Source: Rhizophagus irregularis (Eukaryota). From it: DNA of 64,000 nucleotides. Both the position numbers and the translations under genes were made by a program. The notes under the pieces are model-generated. The model did not search any database. It was given only the letters and a program-made list of their open reading frames with translations, and was not told the DNA's origin. Shown here in pieces: positions 1 through 14,114 of the stretch. Location: positions 4,526,001-4,590,000 of the forward strand of contig NC_089432.1 in NCBI RefSeq assembly GCF_026210795.1, written 5' to 3'. The first letter of the stretch is position 1, and the number at the start of each line of letters is the position of its first letter.

Positions 1-104
1 GTCAGAATTTGTGACTCGGGATTTTATTTCAACGGGATTTGGGTTTGTCAGGATTTTGGTGTCGGGATTGTAGACTGTCGATTTTATGGATGTCAGGAAA
101 ACCC
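1..104. mobile_element. Probable terminus of a MULE-like/MITE element truncated by the window edge
   Basis: Tandem (gt)cgggattt/caggattt subrepeats ending in ggaaaaccc; GC-richer than flanks; other end not visible. Confidence 0.4.
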
Positions 105-508
105 GATTATCATAACATTAGTGTTCGCATTTACAAATATTCAAAAACTAAAATAGTCAAATAAAAAATTTCGCTAGTAAACAAATATGCAATGGGAATT
201 GTTTGAATAAACTTTATCTGGAATGAGTTATACCACATACAGTCTATACAGTCTGACATTTTACTCTGATAAATAATTTTATATTTTTCTATCATTAGAT
301 TACATGGAAATAAACTAATTTATGCGAAAATATATTTATTTGAAAATCAATTTTCTATGTACATACAGTGTATAATTAAAAAAATGGTTTATATTCTATT
401 ATTTATTAATTAATCCGGATGAAATTTCTATTTTACTTGTATGTCAATAAAGTCAATAAAATATATCCTAATAAAAAATCAATAAAATATTAATTATACA
501 TATAAACA

Positions 509-2519
509 TTATAAAATTTCTGCTAATTTATTTTGAGCATCTTGATCTCCTTGTTCTGCACATTTTTCATACCAGTAAATTGCTTGATTAATATCTTTCA
601 CATCTTCTTCATTTTCATACATAAAAGCAAGATTATATTGAGCTATTCTATATCCTAAATTTGCTGACTCTTTATATAATTCAAATGCTTTTTGTTTATT
701 AATAATAGTTCCAATTCCAATATCATAACAATAACCTAGATTATTTATTCCACTTGCACTACCGAAATCTGCAGCCTTCTGATATAATTCAAATGCCTTG
801 TGTTTATCAAAACTAGTTCCAATTCCATCTTCATAACAATTTGCTAAACCATTTATTCCGTATGGATTATCTAAATTTGCAGCCTTTTGATATGATTCAA
901 ATGCTTTTTGTTTATTATTGATTTCAATCCCTAAACGACTAAAATCTCCAAGTAAAACAAGAGAATTTGAATTAGTTTGATTATTTAACAACCAATAATA
1001 AATTTCTTGTGAATTAATATTACAATAATTAAGATAATTGAGGACTTCCTGCTTTTCTCTTTCTCTTTCTATATTATCAATAAGAACAACTATTTCGTCA
1101 ACCACTATACTAAAATCATCTTCGTTCAATAACATTGGAGGTTCTATTTCTTTATTATTTATTCTAATAAAATTTTGAATAATTTGAGATAATTTGATAC
1201 CATGTGACAAATTATTGAGTGCTTGTTCACTTGATAATTGATTTGAAATAATTGATTTTAATTTAACAATAACTTCATTGATAATTGGACGATTATTCGG
1301 TTCGTCATTCCAACAATCTAAAAAAATAAATACATATACGGTTCATAATAAATCAATATAGTAAAATTATGTATGTGAGATTAAATTATATTTACCAGTA
1401 TAAATTTTTATATAATCTTCAGGGGTATTAACGACAGGTTTTTCTCTAAGTCCCTGTAAAATTCTCAAATCCAAACCAATATTTGATATATCGGTTGGTT
1501 CATTACAAAAAGGTGGTTGACCACTAGATATTTCCCATAACAGTACGCCAATGCTATAAATATTGCTCTTTTTATTTAATGAGTATGATTGTGTTTGGTG
1601 ATTATTGATTCTTTTTTGTTCAATTAATTTTGGATCAACATAAGCAATCATATCAAATAATTTTGATTGAATATTAGATAATTCTTCGCTTCTTTTTGAT
1701 AATCTAAAGTCTGTTAATTTGGCAATACCTTGATGAACTAAAACATTGTTCGAGTGCTATAATTATATATGTGATAAATAAAACAATTAAGTTAATAATG
1801 TGTGACAGATAGTGGCTCATTATATGAGATAAGTTAATTACCAGATTATGATGTACAATTCCTTTATCATGTAAATATGATACAGCACTAGCTAGTTGAA
1901 GTGCAATATTTAATTTATTGCTCCAATCTAGACTATCAAAATGTTCTTTTAAATAGTTTCGTAGGGTACCACTGTCAGCGTATTCCATTACTAACAAATA
2001 TTTTTTTGAATTATCATCTTGGTTTTCTTTTAAGAAAGAAAAAAAAAATAATGGAATAATGGATATTAGAAATATAAAATAATATGAATTCTCTTAAGAA
2101 AAACAATAACTAAATATTTTTCATACTTATAGTAATACCACAAAAGCGAATAATATTTTCATGAAAATTCATTTCATATAGAAGTTTAAGCTAAACCACG
2201 AATAGAATTTTTAAATTAGGAAAATAAAATATCATAAAGGACTAAATTTATTTTATACAAATAATATAATTACTTCATTAACAGTTTCTTTGACTGTGAC
2301 ATTGTTTATATTAGAAAAAGATTTCAACGTTAAATATTTATTAGAACCTTTCCAGTTTGCACGACAAACTTTTTCAAAACTTCCAAAACCAATTTCTTGA
2401 ATATTTCTAAAATGGTTGTATTCGTAATATTTAAAGTAATTTTTTGAAATAGCATCCTCAATCCAATTAATCTGCTCATCTGAATTTTTAGTGACTTTAA
2501 TTTCAATGTTATTAGACAT
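509..2519 (-). CDS. A1: pseudokinase (TKL-like) + Sel1-like repeat protein, 5 exons
   Basis: Joins ORFs 2253..2555, 1704..1997, 1367..1651, 509..1210 plus a small exon ~2127-2190 via GT-AG introns. Start MSNNIEIK at 2519. Motifs GFGSFEKV, LTLK, HHNL|HSNN, DFR, SNIYS; SLRs such as AQYNLAFMYE...AIYWYEK. Confidence 0.88.
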
Positions 2520-3119
2520 TGTTAAGTACAAAAAAAAAAGAAAAAGAATTTGCAAGTAACGCCATTCTTATAAATGTAATGCAGTAACCTGTCGATCATT
2601 TGTCATTGAACAATCGGATCACAAAAGATCGGCACTAATGTTACTTCAGCAGGCCAGAATTATATAAATTACCCACTATATAAATGACTTTATACAGTAC
2701 AAAAGTATTATCATAATTGATTAAATCCGTTAAATTTATACTACTTATACAAAGAACCTGTTTTTTAAAAATATCTAATCGTCTGATTAAAATTTATATT
2801 TATTATTTTTTTCCTCGTAATAAATCTTTTTCTATTAGATCAACATAAATTTTATCTTTACTTGACCTTCCGTCAATTTTACTTTTCTTAATAAAGGAAT
2901 AAAATATGTAAAAATCAAAAGACTTAAAAATAATAATTTACTTTAGCTATTCTCAACGGCCTCTTTTTATTTGATATAAGAAATATCATCTAAAATTTCG
3001 AAAAAAATTAGTTTAAATTCTAGAACAAATATAAAGTACATAAATATCTCATAATTAATATTTAAATTTTGGTACAATTTAACCATTTAATAAATTTAAT
3101 GAAAATTGAAATAATCAAA

Positions 3120-3245
3120 TTACAATTATGCCAATGGTGAGCATCCTTTAAAATTATTTAATTGCCAATCCATCTAAGATCAGCACTTGATGATTACATA
3201 ATGCAAGCTATCTTTTTAATATACCAAGTACACAACTTTATTACA
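3120..3245 (+). pseudogene. Decayed kinase exon relic (YANG..NYL-like) in spacer
   Basis: tatgccaatggtgagcatcctttaaaattattt resembles the MEYANxGxLxNYL exon; similar relics at ~7605-7680 and ~10800-10905. Confidence 0.35.
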
Positions 3246-3677
3246 TATTCATTACATACTAACTATCAACTGATCGCATTTATTTTTATGCCCTATACTA
3301 TACGTCACCATTCAATTCGAGTTTTCCAACATTTTATAAGTAAAAACTTTTTAAAAAATTCAATGACTATTTTATTATAGTTTTCTGTATGTGTTTATGA
3401 ATTTTTTTGGTATAAAGACGTTTTAATAATTTTAGTGTTTCTTAATCATGCAAAAAACGCAAACATTTGATCACGTGTCTGAGTTTTTTCGGAATAAAAA
3501 ATCATTTATCGGAATTTTATCCAGAATTTTTTTTACAGGGAAAATAAGGCCACATTTGACGCAAGTACAATGTAACCAACTTTTTTCAATAGTAGGTTTT
3601 TCATATAATTATGATACGATTTTTACAGAATATAACGTTTGTGCATATGCATGCAAAACACCCATTTTTAGTATGTA

Positions 3678-4341
3678 CACAGGAAATCTCGATAAATCAG
3701 ATTAGTTGGTTCCAGTAAAAATATCCGATATATCAAGACATCCGATATATCGAAAAAATCTCGCTAAACCGGATTTATATAAAATATACGAAAAATCCGA
3801 AATATTAAGATATCACGTGATTTTTCGTTCAAAATTTTAAAATTCGAAAACGAGCGAAAGATATCCGATATATCAAAAAAGCTTCTTATACCGGATTTTA
3901 TATGAAAAAGTATGTTAGGATCCGGCATATCAAAATATATATACAGCTATTTCCAAACTTTGATTAAAATATTAAAAAAAAAAGAATGGTAAAATTGTAT
4001 GCAATATTTGTAAAGAATTTCGGTATAAAATGATTAATTTTGATTATGGTCAAAATTAACCATTTCAGCTGGAATTAAGCATTTTTTTAAAATTACAATA
4101 ATATAAAGCTATACTAAAATAAAAAGGATACATTAACGCCAAATTTGGAAAGTTCAATATATCAAGATTTTTTTGACATAACTAATATAGAATCAAATCC
4201 GACTTATGAAATATCGCGACTTTACTAATAAAATCCGGTATATCGCGATTGTTTTAATATGACAGATTTGGTTCTGGGAGAAAAATCCGAAATAATACCA
4301 AATCCGGTTTATCGAAGATCGATTTATCGCGATCGCCTGTG
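3678..4341. mobile_element. Tc1/mariner(pogo)-type MITE
   Basis: TIR cacaggaaatctcgataaatc / gatttatcgcgatcgcctgtg, TA on both sides; absent from the paralogous spacer at ~7990-8005. Confidence 0.8.
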
Positions 4342-4611
4342 TATAATGATAGTGACGATCTTAGACGATCGGTGATTAAAGAAAACTGTTATTTTTACTT
4401 GAATGATAAATACAACTTGGTATACCAGTTATTATAAAGAGTATTTTCTTTATATCTGATAAATTATTTGGCAATTGAATACTAACAAATAATTGTTTAT
4501 TAATTATAATGCATATTATTTTAGTAAATGTTAAAACATTCAGTTATAATAATCAGAGTATAAATCAATGAAACTATTTAATAAGAATTCCAAAAATTAT
4601 CAAATATATCA

Positions 4612-6520
4612 TTATTCCTCTAATAGTGCTTCCAACTTATATTGAGCGTCTTGATCTCCTTGTTCTGCACATTTTTTATACCAATATACTGCTTGGTTTA
4701 TATCTTTTACGCTACCATATCCATTTTCATACATATAAGCAAGATTATATTGAGCTATTTTATAACCTAATTTTGCAGCCTTTCGATATAATTCAAATGC
4801 CTTTTGTTTATTGAGATTTGTCCCATTTCCGACTTCATAACAATATGCTAAACTACTAATTCCATATGCATTTCCTAAATTTGAAGCCTTTTGATATAAT
4901 TCAAATGCCTTTTGTTTATCAATATTTACTTCAATTTTTAAACTAATAAAATCTCCAAGTAAAACAATAGAATTTGAACTAGTCTGATTATATAATAACC
5001 AATTATAAATTTGTCGTGGAGTAATGTCATGATTATTAAGGTATTTAAGAATTTCTTCCTTACCACTTTCTTGTTCTATAAAATTATTATAAAGAAGAAT
5101 AATCAAATCATCAACTATTAAGTGAAAATCATCCTCATTCAATGACATTGATGGTTCTATTTCCTTTATACTTATCTTACTAAAATTTTTATTAAGTTGA
5201 AATAATTCTTCATGTAATGAATTATTATTAAGCGGTTGTTCATCTGATAATTTATTTAAAATAAGCGCATTTAATTTAGCAATAACTTCATTGATAATCG
5301 AACGATTATCTGGTTCATGATTCCAACAATCTAGAAATATATAAAGTACATACAGTATATAAATAAATAATTAATCAATACCATAATATTGTATATAAAT
5401 TTAAATTATATTAATTATATTTACCAATATAAATTTTTACATAATCTTCAGGGGTATTAGCGACAGGTTTTTCTCTAAGCCCCTGTAAAATTTTCAAATC
5501 CAAACCAATATTTGATATATCAGATGGTTCATTACAAAAAGGTGGTCGACCACTAGATATTTCCCATAAGAGTACACCAACGCTATAAATATTACTCTTT
5601 TTATTTAATGAGTATGATTGTGTTTGGTGATTATTGCTTCTTTTTTGTTCAAATAATTTTGGATCAATATAAGCAACCATGCCAAAGAAATTTGATTGAA
5701 GATTGGATGATTCTTCAATTCTTTTTGATAATCCAAAATCTGTTAATTTGATGATCCCTTGATGAACTAATACATTGTTCGAGTGCTTTAATTACATGTG
5801 AAAAATAAAAAAAAAAATTAAAGCAAATAAATTATACACTATTCATAATAGAAAATAAATTAATTACCAGATTATGATGCACAATTCCTTTATCATGTAA
5901 ATATGATACGGCACGAGCTAATTGAAGTGCAAGGCTTAACTTATTGTTCCAATCTAGACTATCAAAATTTTCTTTTAAATAGTTTCGAAGTGTACCATTA
6001 TCGGCATATTCCATCACTAACAAACAATTTTTTGAATCATCATCTTGATTTTCTTTTAAAAGAAAAAGAAAAAATAATATTAGAAATATAAAATAATATT
6101 TTTATTTTATTTAAAAAAAGTCATACCTATAGTAATACCATAAAAGAGAATAATATTTTCATGAAAATCCATTTCATATTGATGTTTAACCTAAATTATG
6201 AATAAGAATTTCAAATTAAAAATGCAAAATATTATAAATATAAAAATTAATATTGTAAATAAAAAAATGATTACTTCATTAACTATTTCTTTGACTGTTA
6301 CATTGTTGATATTAGAAAAAGATTTCAACACTAAATATTTATGAGAATCATTCCAGTTTGCACGATAAACTTTTTTAAAACTTCCGAAGCCAATTTCTTG
6401 AATATTTCTGAAATGGTTGTATTCGTAATATTTAAAGTAACTTTTTGAAATAGTATCTTCAATCCAATTAACCTGCTCATCTGAATTTTCAGTAACTTTA
6501 GGTTCGATGTTATTAGACAT
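4612..6520 (-). CDS. A2: pseudokinase + Sel1-like repeat protein, 5 exons, one SLR shorter than A1/A3
   Basis: ORFs 6191..6643, 5832..6023, 5411..5680, 4612..5148; start MSNNIEPK at 6520; GFGSFKKV, HHNL|HSNN, DFG, SNIYS. Confidence 0.88.
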
Positions 6521-6691
6521 TGTTAAGTACAAAAAAAAAAGAAAAAAAAATTGCAAATGGTAACGCCATTCTTGCAGTAATAGTACTTTAAATAGTAACC
6601 GTCGATCATTTTTCATTGCACAAAAGACACAGAAGATCGGCACTATTGTTATTATCTCGTCAGGCCAGAGTTATAATTGACATTATACAGA

Positions 6692-6753
6692 TATATATGT
6701 TGTGCGTCAGGTGTCGATTTGCGTCAGATGACAGCTGACGCACAACATATATA
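6692..6753. repeat. 62-bp hairpin insertion (mini-MITE-like)
   Basis: Perfect 19-bp inverted repeat tatatatgttgtgcgtcag / ctgacgcacaacatatata; not present in A1 or A3 upstream regions. Confidence 0.75.
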
Positions 6754-7599
6754 CAAATTTATACCATACATTGTTATACGAATAACCTGTTTCTAAACGT
6801 TAACCATCTGTTTGCTGATTCGCTTATTATTTTTTTTTAATGGATCTTTTTCTGCTTGATCACCTCTTTATTAATGATTTTCATTATCTTTTGATTTTTT
6901 ACATAATCTTTTATATTTTACTCCTCTATTGATATTCATTTTATGTTCTGAGAAGAAAAGTAAAGTCTAAATAACAAAAATCTACTTTAACTGCGAAACC
7001 TTAAGGATTTTAAAATTACCAATAAAGAATCCTTAAAGGATTTTTTATATTATATTTTAAAAAATTATAAACCTATATTTTTATTATTATTTTAATGAAT
7101 AAATAAATAACCAAAATAAAACGGGAACGGAAGTGACTAGCAATTCGCCACATTAAAGTTTGGCAGCATTAAGGGTTTCAACACTACAATAGTGTTAGAG
7201 CATAGGAACAGAAGTGACTGGAGACGAAGTAAATAGAATATTAATGTTCACTACTTTATTTTCTATGTTCTAGAATTTAAATTAGAAATAATTGATGTCA
7301 ATGACTGTCTCATTATGGAATCCTTATGGGTGTTAAAAAAATTAGTGTCATATTAATGCACACTTTGTATACCAATCAAAATATTAAATTTAATAGACAA
7401 ACATTCTTTTATGTATGAAGCATTCAAATTAGATCATAACATAAAAATCACTGAAATATTATACACTTACAATGGAAGTACCGAAGTACTATGAATATCC
7501 AATAATTACTAATATTTAAATTTTGTTACAGTTTATTCATTTAATAAATTTATTATAATAATTTAGAAAATTTAAAGTAACCAAATGAAAATTTAAAGT

Positions 7600-7685
7600 T
7601 ATTTTACTATAGTTATGGAATATGCAAATGGGTTTCTTTTTGAAACTATTCATCTAAAATCTGCAGCACTATTACGAAATTTGTA
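7600..7685 (+). pseudogene. Decayed kinase exon relic (VMEYANG)
   Basis: gttatggaatatgcaaatggg = VMEYANG, opposite strand to the class A genes; no open frame beyond. Confidence 0.5.
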
Positions 7686-8206
7686 TGATTATACAGTGTA
7701 AACTCTCTTTTTGCTATATCAAATGTACAATTTTTTTGCTTATTCTATTTATGAATTTTATGATATTTAAATGTTTTAGTAATTTAATGTTACCAATCAT
7801 GAAAAAACACAATTATGTCTGGACGCGAGTACAATGTAAACAATTTTTTTACAATAGCAAATTTTCGATTTTTTTAGTTTATTCTTTTTCCTTAGATTTT
7901 TATATATACGGTATGATTTTTACATAATATAAACAAGTTTATACAGTTATAGTGTTTGTGTATTTGCATGCAAAACATTAAATTTCACTCATTTTTAATA
8001 TAATGTCTTTGTTTATCAAAGTAAAGTAAAAATTTTCTTTAATCATTGATCCGTCTAACTTGGTATATCAGTTATTATAAAGAGTTTGATAGTTATTTAA
8101 TATACAATTGTTATTAATTATAATGCATATTACTTTAAATAGTAAATGTCAAAACATTAGTTATTATAATCAAAGTATGGCAAAAAATCAGCATTAAATA
8201 TATGCA

Positions 8207-10197
8207 TTATTCTAATAGTTCTTCTAACTTAAATTGAGCATCATAATCTCCTTGTTCTGCACATTTTTTATACCAATAAATTGCTTGGTTTATATCTTCT
8301 ACAACTCCATCTCCATTTTCATACATAAAAGCAAGATTATATTGAGCTATTTTATAACCTAAATTTGCAGCTTTTTGATATAATTCAAATGCCTTTTGTT
8401 TATTAACACTAGTTCCATTTCCGACTTCATAACAATATGCCAAGTTATTTATTCCACTTAAAATACCAAAATTTCCAGCTTTTTGATATAATTCAAATGC
8501 TTTTTGTTTATCAACATAAGTTCCAGCTCCAACTTCATAACAACTTGCTAAACTACTAATTCCAAATGCATTTCCTAAATTTGCAGCCTTTTGATATATC
8601 TCAAATGCCTTTTGTTTATCAACATTTACTTCAATTCCTAAACTAAGAAAATCTCCTAGTAAAACAACAGAATTTGAATTAGTCTGATTATATAACAACC
8701 AATTATAAATTTGTTGTGGAGTAATGTCATGATCACTAAGGTAATCAAGAACTTCTTCCTTTCCACTTTCTTGTTCTACATTATCAAGAAGAATAACTAA
8801 ATCATCAACCACTATTTGAAAATCATTCTCATTCAATGACATTGATGGTTCTATTTCTTTTATACTTATTTTATTAAATTTTTGAATAAGTTGAAATAAT
8901 TCTTCATGTAATGAAGGTTGTTTACTTGACAATTTATTTAAAATTATTACATTTAATTTAGCAATAACTTCACTAATAATCGGACGATTGTCTGGTTCAT
9001 GATTCCAACAATCTGAAAAGACATGAAGTACATATATAAATAAATAATTAAAAAATACAATAAATAATTTAAATAATATTTACCAATATAAATTTTTGCA
9101 TAATCTATAGGAGTATTAGCGACGGGTTTTTCTCTAAGACCATGTAAAATTTTCAAATCCAAACATGTATCAGATGGTTCATTGCAAAAAGGTGACTGAC
9201 CACTAGATATTTCCCACAAGAGTACACCAATGCTATAAATATTACTCTTTTTGTTTAATAAGTATAATGATGCTTGGTGATTATTGATTCTTTTTTGTTC
9301 GAATAATTTTGGATCAATATAAGCAACCATGTCAAAGAAATTTGATTGAAGATTGGATGATTCTTTAATTCTTTTTGATAATCCAAAATCTGTTAATTTG
9401 ATAATCCCTTGATGAACTAATACATTGTTCGAGTGCTTTAATTAAATGTGAAAATTAAAAAGAAAAAATTAAATTAAAGTAATAAATTATACACTACTTA
9501 TGATATAATATAAATTAATTACCAAATTATGATGCACAATTTCTTTTTCATGTAAATATGATACGGCACGAGCTAATTGAAGTGCAATATTTAACTTATT
9601 GTCCCAATTTAAACTATCAAAATGTTCTTTTAAATAGTTTCGAAGTGTACCATTATCGGCATATTCCATTACTAACAAATAATTTTTTGAATCATCATCT
9701 TGGTTTTCTACTAAAAGAAAAAAAAGAATAACATTAGAGATATGAAATAAATTTTTTTTTTCTTAAAAAAAAGTCAATAACTAATAATTATCATACTTAT
9801 AGTAATACCACAAAAGCGAATAATATTTTCATGGAAATCCATTTCATATTGACGTTTAAGCTAAATCATGAATAAGAATTTTTAAATTAGGGAACGCAAT
9901 ATATCATAAATATAAAAATTAATATTGAAAATACAGTATAAAAATGATTACTTCATTAACGATTTCTTTGGTTGTGACATTATTGATATTAGAAAAAGAT
10001 TTTAACGTTAAAGGATTACGAGAATCTTTCCAGTTTGCACGATAAACTTTTTTAAAATTCCCGAAACCAATTTCTTGGATATTTCTGAAATGGTTGTATT
10101 CGTAATATTTAAAGTAATTTTTTAAAATAGCATCTTCAATCCAATTAACCCGTTCGTCTGAATTTTCAGTGACTTTAATTTCGATGTTATTAGACAT
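8207..10197 (-). CDS. A3: pseudokinase + Sel1-like repeat protein, 5 exons
   Basis: ORFs 9919..10197, 9487..9678, 8953..9330, 8207..8932; GFGNFKKV, HHNL|HSNN, DFG, SNIYS; about 4 SLRs. Confidence 0.88.
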
Positions 10198-11074
10198 TGT
10201 ATAGCGTAAAAAAGAAAAAAAAAAAAAATTTTTGCAAAAATGGTAACGCCATCCCTTATAAACGTAAATATCCGTCGATCATTTCACAAAGGACACAGAA
10301 GATCGACACTAATGTTACTTTCTTTGTCGTCAGCCGGAACTATACAAATAACATAATTATTAGTTAAAATCTACAGATCTTTACATTACTACATTGTATA
10401 TAGATTTGTTATCCTAATTATTATCGCCGAAGGGCGAAGGTATGATTTCTGAAAAAAATTAACTAAATGTTCGTTCTTATTTTTGTAGGTCCAGAATTTA
10501 TTATTACTAGATCTGTCAAATTTATACCATATGATATTGTTATGTAACGACCTGTTTCTAAAAGAGTATCTAACCATCTTTCTGTTTAATATTTATTATT
10601 CCTCTTTGTAATAAATCTTTTTCGACTAGATCAGCAGAATTTATTAATAAGTTATGCAATATCTGTTTTACACTTTTACATATAAAAATGACATCATGAA
10701 ACAAATAAAATGTAATAAGATTACCATAGAAATATTATACACAAGTCATTCATTATCTTATAACTAATGAATGTAATTAATTATTTGATAAATTTTTTCA
10801 TATCAGTTAGAAAATTTAAATAATCAAATTGAATGAAAAGCTATTTTAATTAATGAATAAATCAATTATGGTATCCTTTAAACTATTTAAAGAAAACTTC
10901 CAATTGATGTGAATATTTTGATAATTATTTTATTTTGTCTGACAAACTATTTACATATAATTGTTAATACATAGTATTCCAGTAAATATCTAAACGTCAT
11001 TATAACTCAAGTATAGTACATTAATGAAACTATTATTAACATTCTAATAAGAACTCCAAAATCATTAAGCATAT

Positions 11075-11570
11075 TATTACTCCAATTATATTTAGCGCAT
11101 TTTTTAAAACAATAAATTGCTTGTTTTATATCTTTTACAGCTTCTTCTTGTTCATACATATTATAAAATAAAGTATTTATTTTTATACTTTTCTTTGTAC
11201 ATAATTAATTAATATGGTTATTAGTAATAATAGTATGCAAGGCAAAGAAGGGAAATAAGCAAGATTTATATTGGGCTATATACATCACCTAAATTTTCAC
11301 TTTCTGATATACAGTAATTCAAAGTACAATAATTTTCTGAATTATTGATTTGAAATTAATATGAATTTTTCTCATACTTATCTAAAAAAATAAATAATTT
11401 ACTTGTGAGATTTCATTTGGTGCTGAAGTTTAAGTTAGAATTTTAAATCAGAAACGTGTAAATACAAATGATATAATTACTTTATCTAACGATAATTTTC
11501 CAGTTCACAAAAGACTTTTCCGAAACCTCTGTAACCAACTTTTTGAATGATCGAATTTGTAAATTTTAAA
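11075..11570 (-). pseudogene. Collapsed kinase-SLR pseudogene
   Basis: Terminal SLR remnant (ataaattgcttgttttatatcttttac, gcaagatttatattgggctat) at 11075-11325 and Gly-loop remnant (IQKVGYRGFGKV) at ~11510-11550, with indels. Confidence 0.55.
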
Positions 11571-14114
11571 TGGGTGATATAGATAGACGAGAATTCTATA
11601 GATATGTGTGGAAATTTTGACCAAAGAAATCATCTCGAAATAAGTAATAGTGGTAAAAATAAATTAGTAATATTTTTTTAAGCAAAGAAACTCGCATTTT
11701 ATAGTCTAGAATCCTATCTTCATATATTTCATTTATTACTCTGACCACTCGCCAATGGCAATAATAGATCCGATAGTAAAATTATATCTTATGTTCTAAT
11801 GCCACGAAAATTTGCCAGATACGAGATTTTAACATCATCATTCGCTTCATACATTTCATCAAAATCATCAATGATACTATTCCAATTGCTTTTCATAAAT
11901 ACCGTAAGGAAATCGGCAGAAGTTATTATACAGTTAGTAAAAAAATTAATTTATCAGTAAAAAATTTATGCGAAAGAAATGTGTGCTACGAAAAAAAAAA
12001 GATGATTATCTCAAGCAAATGTGATATGACTATTTTTTTTTTGTTGTACAATATAATATATCCCAAGTCATTGGCTGAGTTTACAGTCACATTATTAAAT
12101 TAAAAAAAAAAAGTAAATTAATATTGGTAAAAGAACATATATTGCTATATTTCTATATTTTTGCTTTGGACAGTTAGCTACATGATGTAATCAAGCTTTT
12201 CCAGTCATTGGATATAGTGACACAGATTTACAGATAATAGAGGTATCATAATAAGTGGATAAATGGATAAACTATAATAAACTATATACTGTGTACATTA
12301 TTTATTATTTAAAAATAATTAATATTACTTTTAATATGAATCAATAAAATGTATTTTTTCAAATTTTGGCACGTCAGTGGCAAAATTTATAGCCGATAAC
12401 CTATTATATTTCCCATATTATTACGCGTGTCAGTTATCATCTGATGATATATTTATCGTTATACTATTCAAATGAATATTGCATAAGTAATTTTGTGGTC
12501 GTTATCCGACTACGTGTTGAATGGAAGCTGTGCAGGAAGCGACTTACTAATATCCATTTTGACAACATTTATTTTTGTCACTGCATGTCCGTCAGTCCGT
12601 GTAATAGTTGATCATTTTTATTCTATCTAGAATATCAATGTAAGCCGAGTATAGATATAAATAAACTGACGATTGACTCGTTTGCACATATATTTTTTTT
12701 GATTTATCATATTGTATGGACATAGATAACAGGGTCTTTCACATGAACAAAGATGATTTATGAAAAATAAGATGTAAACAAAATTCGAAACAAAACTTTT
12801 CTTAATATCTTAACATCAAAGGTAGGATAGAATAGCGTGAATCAGAGGATCATTATTTCGCATGTATTTTTTCCTTACTAATTTATTTCAAAATCTTGCA
12901 ATAAATTCGATATTTATACATTTTATGAAAAAATGTTTGAATACATACTGTATTCTCCAAGTATAATTCGTGTTGTCCGTTTCTTTCTTAATATAAAGAA
13001 GTCATCAAAAATTTTTTTCATGGGATCACTGTTGTGAAACAAATTAAGATGTGGAACCCGTCAGATGATGAAACTCAAAAATATTGAGTCAATCATTGAA
13101 AGTGAAAGCATTTGTGAATCAGTTGTCAAGTGAAGGTTTAGACCTTAAAGGCGTGTACTGATGAAAATAGAGATCATGTGTAAAGAGATATGATATTGAT
13201 ATGACTTTAAACTACAGTAAATCTTTTATTATTTATTTTTTTAGCTAATAATAGACTATTGCATAGCTTATTCTAATATAGAAAAGTTAATACTTAATTT
13301 GAGCTTATTACAGTATCGCAAATAATGAAGAATCATGATAGTAAAAGAAATATATTTTAACATACTGTATGTTTACATAAAATCCAAGATTGCAGTTTGC
13401 TGTCATAATTTAAGTTTAGCGTTAAATGACTCATTAGTCGATTATCCAGCTAACGCACTTTATTCCAATAATCTTATTAAATGTCTAACGATACTGAAAT
13501 TTTGCCAATAATAAAGAATCGTGAATTGGTACTTTATTACTTTATCGCAATATTTATCGGAGAATGCTATTGGTCGATATGAGATCATTCTTATAATGAT
13601 AATAAATTAGTATATTAACATGTTGAAAGTATCTGATTTAAAAAAAAGCATGCATCAATTGAATAATATTCACAATCAATATCGTAAATAATTCTTATTA
13701 AAAGACTCTTATTTTTTATAATTTATTAAAATAATTTCTTCTACATAAAAGTTTGAATTTTTTTCGTTTAGATAAAAAAAATGTTCCTCAACATTATCAT
13801 CTTTCACAAGCTTTATCTTTCAAATATACGGTGACTATTTCGTAAGGTAGCACTAAGAGATAAATGTTAATTATTTAAGCCCAATTGATTTTCAGAAAAA
13901 AAAAAAAAATTTTAAATCTTCGAGTTTTATAGTCTTGGCATAACATTATAAAATAAATGGAAATCATATATATAGTTAATTTAATGACCTGCAGAAAAAT
14001 AACTTAAAGTTTTATTTAATAAGAGATTATATAGAGAACTATATTTACTATTTCGTAAAAATAATAAAAAATAATTTAGCGAATTTAATTGATTTATATT
14101 TTACAATTTGTTAA

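Noticed and set aside
6990..7250. Short inverted repeat and ggaac(g/a)gaagtgact repeats
   Set aside because: Possibly a TE remnant, but no termini or TSD could be defined.
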